The position numbers and the translations under genes were made by a program. Shown here piece after piece: positions 49,194 through 64,000 of a stretch of 64,000 nucleotides of DNA. The notes beneath the pieces are model-generated. The model saw only the letters and a list, made by a program, of their open reading frames with translations, did no database searches and was not told where the DNA came from. This DNA comes from the human T2T-CHM13v2.0 reference genome, Homo sapiens, in the NCBI RefSeq assembly GCF_009914755.1, contig NC_060947.1; one strand, 5' to 3'. Positions within the stretch are counted from its first letter, which is position 1. Every line of letters starts with the position of its first letter.

Positions 49194-49535
49194 CAGAGGG
49201 TCCTTGACTTATTATGGAGTTACATCCCAATAAACCTATCCTAAGTTGAAAATATCATAAGTCAAAAATGCACTTAATACACCTAACCTACTGAACATCA
49301 TAGCTTAACCTAATTTGCCTTAAACACACTCAGAACCCTTACATTAGCCTACACCTGGGCAAAATCATTCCATACAAAGTCTATTTTATAATAAAGTATT
49401 GAATATCTTCTGTAATTTATTGAATACTGTACAGAAAGTGAAAAACAGGTGTATGAGTACTCAAAGTACAGTTTCTACTGAATGGATATCACTTTTGTAC
49501 CACCATAATGTTGAAAAATTATAAGTTGAACCATA
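49194..49535 (+). mobile_element. MER47A (Tigger-type MITE)
   Basis: AAGTTGAAAATATCATAAGTCAAAAATGCACTTAATACACCTAACCTAC. Confidence 0.8.
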
Positions 49536-49740
49536 CTGATAAAGATTTATTATAAGTAGTTGGCTCATGTAATTATGAAGGCTGAGATTTGTCAACATCT
49601 GCAGTAGGCAAACTTGATTTCCAAGAGAGCCTGTGGTATAGTTCCTATTCAAAACTGAAGGTCTGAGAATCTGGAGAGTTAATGTTGTAAATTCCAGGCC
49701 AAAAGCTTGCTGGCTAGAAACACAAGAAAAGGTGATTTGA

Positions 49741-50262
<522 letters not shown>

Positions 50263-51449
50263 CAGAATAATGTCTGACCAAATATCTGGGACCTTTGTTG
50301 CTCAGTCAAGTTGACACATAAAATTAACCATCACACATTCCAATTTATTTGCTTAAGATATTTTGCCCTATGGAGTTTGCTTTGTGGATTTTGCTGACTT
50401 ATATCCTTATTGTGTTGTTTATTATATTCCACTGGCAACTTCTTTTCCTTTAAATTTGTATTAGATTTAGAGTCTTGATCCAATTCAGATTTTTTGGCAG
50501 AAAAATCTGTGGTGTTGTTTATTCCTAAAGCATTATACCATGAGGAGGTTAATTGTATCTAGTTGTCTCTCCTCTTACGATGTTAAGATTGATCACTAGG
50601 TTCAAAAGTTGTTAGATTTATTGATTATAAAAATTCCCATCTGCATTATACCTCAAGTATTTTGCAGCCTCTAAATGTGTATAAGTCCACATTTCATTAA
50701 AAGTTGTAGCAAGGTGATGTTCTAATTCTATTTTTGGCATTTATTAGCTTGAATTATTCTATAAAAGAAACATCCCCTCATCAACTATAGGTTAGTATAG
50801 TATGCATAGGAAAATAAGATGAATGCTTAATTCTTTTGTTATATTTCTACTTTTCAAAATAATGGGTTGTTCTAGGATTCTTCAGAGGGGAGCAGTGAGT
50901 TGATTTTGTTTTGTTTTCTTTTGTTCTATTCTATTATTATTTTAAAGTGTTTTCATAAGCTCTAGATGTTTCTATATCTGATGTGTTTTAACCTATTGCA
51001 ATATTTTTATTGATGTTCAGATTTTTCTGTCTTTGTGAATGGAAGCTTCTTTAGCTCAACTTATTCTTGACATGGTTTTGAGTATGTTAGTTTGGTCTAG
51101 ACTCCTCTGGTACCATTCCTACCCCAGACCTGGAGTCAGACATTTTTTCCAAAGGAGTCTGGTTCTTTTTAGTGGGAAATGTTTTAGAGGTCTCATTCTT
51201 GGTACTAGAGTTGCCCATTACTATTGGGTTGGTCATTATTACTTATCCTTTTCAGTGCTTAAAACCATTAAATATGTATTATATTTTGAGATAATACACA
51301 TGATTGTCTTTAATCCTGGGCTGCTGTTCTATCCCTTTATGCATAATCATTTTTATCAATGTTTGTTTTGACCTTCTAATTTTAAAATTATAAGCAAATA
51401 CATTATTTTCTCCTATTTTATGGTTTAAAAGTAGGCTACTCTACTTCAG

Positions 51450-51650
51450 TGGAGTCCAATATGATTTCTGCAGAGATAAAGAGTCTCTGTCTACACTGTT
51501 CACCACAGTAGCCACTAGGTCCCTGTGGTTCTTGAACACCCAAAATGTGGTGATTGTAATTGAAGAACTGAATTATTTATTTCATCTAAATTTAATCAAC
51601 CTAAATTTAAATAGCCATATGTGGCTAGTGTCTACCATAATAAACAGCAA
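51450..51650. mobile_element. MER3/MER33-type hAT MITE
   Basis: GTAGCCACTAG...AATTTAAATAGCCATATGTGGCTAGTG. Confidence 0.7.
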
Positions 51651-52097
51651 CAGCTCAGACATATTTCTGCACCTCATTTTTTTCCGCTTAAGAATATATT
51701 CTAGAGATCAATACATAGCAGTATAGAGAAGGAGTCCTTGCTTTTTATTGCTGCATAGTATTCTAGGATATAGATATACCTTAGATTATTCAATAAACCA
51801 CTTATTGGTGGACATTTGTTTTATTTCTAGTCTCCTGTTGTTATGATTTGTTCTGCCAGTAATGGCCTTGTGTTTATGCCATTTGGTCTTTTTTCATTGT
51901 GTTTTTGGGATAGATTCTTAGAAGAAAGATTGCTGGTACCAAGATAAAATACCTACGTGTAATAAAATAGAAGATTTAAAACAGAGTGTATCTGGAAATG
52001 TAGCAGCAGAAAGTGACCTGAGGTCTTTTCATTCCTTTTGTTCCACATGATTTTTGGTTTCTTTCTTTCTAGGGTGACATGGGTAAAGGAATTTCTT

Positions 52098-59243
<7,146 letters not shown>

Positions 59244-59849
59244 GGAATTTCTTATTGAGCCCCAAGAAGAAATAGTACAGAAGAGCCAGGAATATTAATG
59301 GGCCGGCTGGACTGAAGATGAGAATCATTAACCTTGTAGCCCAGCTGCAAAACCCATCAACTGACCACAGGTCTTTGAGAAAGCCCCTTCCCTTTGTTGG
59401 CCTCAGCCCAAACACAGAGGAGCACTCAGTGTAGAAACAGTACAGAAACAGTGATTAGAGGTATGGGCTTTGGGGCAAGAAGTTTCTGAATTTGACCCTG
59501 GGAACCATCACTTTTTGGTTGTATGATCTATAGTAAGCAATTTATCTATTAATACTATATACCCTATAATTGTTAGCATATTTTATTATTATTCATTTTA
59601 ACTATCAAAAGGGTGAATAATAGGAGTAGGAATACATGGCCAGGTATTATGTTTCATGAACCTATAATGAATTAACTGTTGGACAGTGTTTGATATATAG
59701 ATTAAAGGAAGTCTATAGAAATCTCATGAGCAGACCCAAACATATCATATTATTCAATATGTTACCTGTATGCCATTTCCAATCAGATGCATTGTTTAAG
59801 AATTGAGGCTGGATCAACTGGTAAAGGGTTAATTGGGAAGCAAATTTGG

Positions 59850-60144
59850 GGCAAGGCACGGTGGCTCCTCCCTGTGATCACAGAACTTTGGGAGGCCGAG
59901 GTGGGAGGATTCCTTGAGCCTGGGAGTTCAAGATGAGCCTGAACAACATAGTGAGATCCCATCTCTACAAAAAATTTTTAAAAATTAGGCAGGAGTGATG
60001 GCACATGGCTGTAGTCCCAGCTACTGAGGATGCTGAGGTGGGAGGACTGCTTGAGCCCAGGAAGTCAAGTCTGCAGTAAGCTGTGATCACACCACTGTAC
60101 TACAGCCTGGGTGATAGAGCAAGAACCTTAAAAAAAAAAAAAAA
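59850..60144 (+). mobile_element. AluJ
   Basis: GGAGGATTCCTTGAGCC, GCTTGAGCCCAGGAAGTCAAGTCTGCAG, polyA. Confidence 0.88.
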
Positions 60145-60299
60145 GCAAAGTTGTATCATATCTTTTACCTTGTAATTTAACCAGAATGCCTCATCCACAT
60201 GTTAGTACTTAAGGTAAAAGGAAAACTAAAATAACAAAAAATACAGGGTACTAAACTATACATATGGTATTTTAATTATTATATGAGTTGTATATGTAA

Positions 60300-60980
<681 letters not shown>

Positions 60981-61549
60981 TTATGATGGGACTGGTATTT
61001 TTAACTTCACTACTTGGCCCAATATTAAGCCTTTGCTGAGTATGGATTATACTTATGAAAAAAACACTATATCCCTTAAAACCCCTGCTACTTATGAAAT
61101 ATTTCAGATAAAAAGTATAGAGAACTATAAAATTAATCCAAGTTAAGAAAAACTTTACTCCTCCATGACCCTTTCTTCACTCCTAGAAATAATCAATATC
61201 CAGAATGCGGTATTTATTCCACTTTTTTTTTTATTACTTTACTACATATGAGAGCGTCCCTAGACAAAATATAGTATTCTTTTGCATATTTGTCTTCATA
61301 CAACCACACACACACATTAATACTATAGGTGTTCTTGTCCTCCAACTAGCTAATTTAACATTATATGTCTATATGTACACACACACACACAAACTTGATT
61401 CTTATACTCAAGAGAGCATTGTGAGGAGTTCAAGAGGAAACCCTCCTCCAGATCCCAGCACAGTTTTTGACACATTATTCACAGCACCAATGTTTGCTTC
61501 CTTCTCATCCCAACTGTGCTGAGATGTTATTTCTTTACATATTCACTTC

Positions 61550-62500
61550 TAATTTTACCATTAAGTATTCTTTTTGTCTGCATTCTTTTAGTTTACATTG
61601 TGGTTCTTTATCAGGCTTTCTGAATTGAATGTTTAACTCATTTTCATTTTTATTGATATAGGTATTTAATGCTTTAAAATAGCCTCTGATAGCAACTCTA
61701 GCTAAATTCGTACATCCTCTGTTTTCATTATGATTATATGCACCAAATTCTGCAACTTTAATCTATTTCCATTTGGGTGCAAGTTTTGTTTAATAGCCTC
61801 AGATAGAGTCAATTTTCATGAATGATCCATGTTTATATGAAAAGTAGGTGTGTTGCCTAATATTAGGCTTCACAATTTAGAATAAGTGTATCTGTAAGAT
61901 CTACCCTTGGAATTATGTTGCTTAAGTCTTCTCTACAGTTGTTAAATTTTTCTCCACCTGAACGTTTTTGGATTATAGGAAATGTGGTAGAATTTCTATT
62001 ATTAAATGGTGTGCTTCTTCCTACTTCTCTTTGCACTACTGTAGTTTTTGCTCTATCAATATTTTTACCACATGACTGCATATATGAGTAGCTCCCATCT
62101 TCCTTGTGAATTGTAGCCTTTGACTTTATCAACTGTGTTTTTTTGTCTCTTTAAATCCATTTTGGTCTCAGTTTTTTTCTTTTAATTATCAAGATTGTAA
62201 CCCTTACTTTCTTTATATTGTCAACTGCCTAGTATATATTTATCCTTACATTTTTAACCTATATGAATACGTTTGTTTTACGTGTATCACTTGGAAAAGC
62301 ACAGCTTTGGATTTTTCTTCAATAGGCAATCTGAAATACTTTTAATAGATGAGTTAAGCCAATTTATTGTTATTGATATGATTGATGTCTTTGCTCATTT
62401 GTGTTCAATTCTGTTGTATTGCTTTTAAACACAGAAATTGTATAGTCTTTCACTAGTTCATATGTTTATTTGCTATCTATATTTAGTATTTCGAATGGTT
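61550..62500 (-). mobile_element. Very old L1M ORF2 remnant
   Basis: ORF 61863-62132 resembles the L1 endonuclease region (..EDLSNII.RVDLTD). Confidence 0.6.
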
Positions 62501-62674
62501 AATACATAATATCCTTGATATGGAAGAAGTCTTAATAATGAGTAGAGAAATCATCAAAAGATATGAACAGATAATTCACATAAAATGCAATATACATAGT
62601 CACTAAACTTTCAAAAATATACCAAATTACAATAATTCTGCCTGCCACGGGCTGCCAGTGTGCACCAGAGGTAT

Positions 62675-63888
62675 CTCATGTTTCATCTTATGGATGCCCC
62701 AGAGTAGAGGATTTTACTGTCTTCTTTTACACTTATCAATTTTATTCTGACAGAATTAGAGTCATTCTATATGTAAATTCATACCCTGGGTTTTAAGTGA
62801 GGTATTTTTTTTTTGCTCCATGCAAACACGTCTGTGGAGAAGTTTGACAATGGTGGTACGGTGGTGCCCCCTCGTGACTGAAGCCTGAACTGCATGCAGC
62901 TTGAACATCACAGTAGGAAAGTGGGAGGGAGGAGTTGTGGCCCAAGCCCCGCCCTACAGAGTTTTCTAGAAGTCTGAGTGGAAAATTGGGCATTCCCAGT
63001 GTGTAGGAATACTGACAGCCTCCATTAAAAAAATGGAGCCTTTTACTATGTGGAAGAGAAAACTATGTCAGAATAATAAATATATATTTTAAATGCTTTG
63101 AGACATATGGATAAATAGCTGGAGACCTGGGTAAGCTAAAATGGATGCAGATCTTTTATTATCTTTGTAACCCAAGTTTGCCCTTATTATAACCATCTTT
63201 TCATGGAAATATACGTCTGTGATAACATCTTAAAATACTTAAACACAAAATCTCACTTTTTTTTTTTGGACTATGTATTTCATTGTGTGGATACCCTCAA
63301 ATTTATTTCACTAGTATTATAGCAATGAAAATTTAGTTCCCTTACCATTTCTATGACCGAAAATAATGTACTTAACGCCATGCTCGTGTATATGCAAATA
63401 TGTTTGTAAGCATTTATTTATAGTAAGTTCCTAAAAGTTTCATTTTAAAACCCTTTGAACTATAACATTTTATATTAATAATCAATTCAAAATACTATTA
63501 CTAATTTATATTGCCTATATCACAGTATGAAAGTACCTAGTTCTCCACACATTAGAAATAATGAGAATCATTAATTTGGTACACAAGAAGTCATCTCTCA
63601 TCATTACTTTCATTATAACTCGTTTTTGTTGCCTTCTGGAATTCCATCCTATGGATGTAACATAATCAATTTTCACAACTTCTTGTTATTCAGACTGTCC
63701 TGATATTTCCTATTATCTACACTGTGTGGATGGCATCTTTTCAGAGTCTGTGCACTGCTGAAGGGCACAGTTACAGGCACAATTCCTGTGGCTATTTGCG
63801 CTAGTGAGTTGAATGTGTCTTCCTTGAGTCCAGCAAGCTGTCTTAGGAGAAATATAACACAACATGATAAATGTCTCAGTTTGTGTGA

Positions 63889-63923
<35 letters not shown>

Positions 63924-64000
63924 CTGACAACCACATTTCCCTCTGCCCTTTTGTGGGTTTGTGTCTCATTTGGTTTCTCTTCCCAAATTCAGGCTCAGAA
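62675..64000 (+). repeat. Block Y copy 2 with cassette IVb 63640-63803 (acceptor TAG>TGG)
   Basis: GAATTCCATCCTATGGATGT, TCTGTGCACT, AAGGGCACAGTT, GTGAG donor, AAATTCAGGCTC shared with 35683-35995. Confidence 0.88.

Noticed and set aside
62925-62960. GC box as promoter
   Set aside because: Single isolated motif, no CpG island, not retained in the paralog near 34985

Overview
This is AT-rich, repeat-dense primate nuclear DNA, most likely human or great ape given AluY and L1PA2-type elements. I see no intact annotated-type protein-coding gene; the long ORFs in the track come from L1, THE1 or Alu. There are three main components. (1) Bases 1-9284 hold a very old mitochondrial insertion (NUMT) running ND4-end, tRNA His/Ser/Leu, ND5, ND6, tRNA-Glu, CYTB, tRNA Thr/Pro, control region, tRNA-Phe, 12S, tRNA-Val, start of 16S. 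It is interrupted by an AluJ and two L1s and keeps non-anthropoid-like features. (2) About 11.6-64 kb is a mosaic of ancient local duplications, roughly 70-80% identical by eye. It carries a family of + strand exon-like cassettes, five of which end in the invariant GTTGTTGA|GTGAG. Three cassettes splice in frame into an 84-aa Ser/Pro-rich ORF, and paralogous cassettes show a third-codon-position substitution bias, suggesting a decayed modular gene or lncRNA. (3) Many transposons are present: a full THE1 provirus, MST/MLT/ERVL pieces, a MER41B with intact tandem GAS sites, Tigger1 and a near full-length L1PB, several with unusual templated rearrangements. From memory only (unverified), a NUMT-containing lncRNA locus such as LINC00630 at Xq22.1 would fit; BLAT is needed. 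Repeat subfamily calls come from recognising consensus motifs and are approximate.
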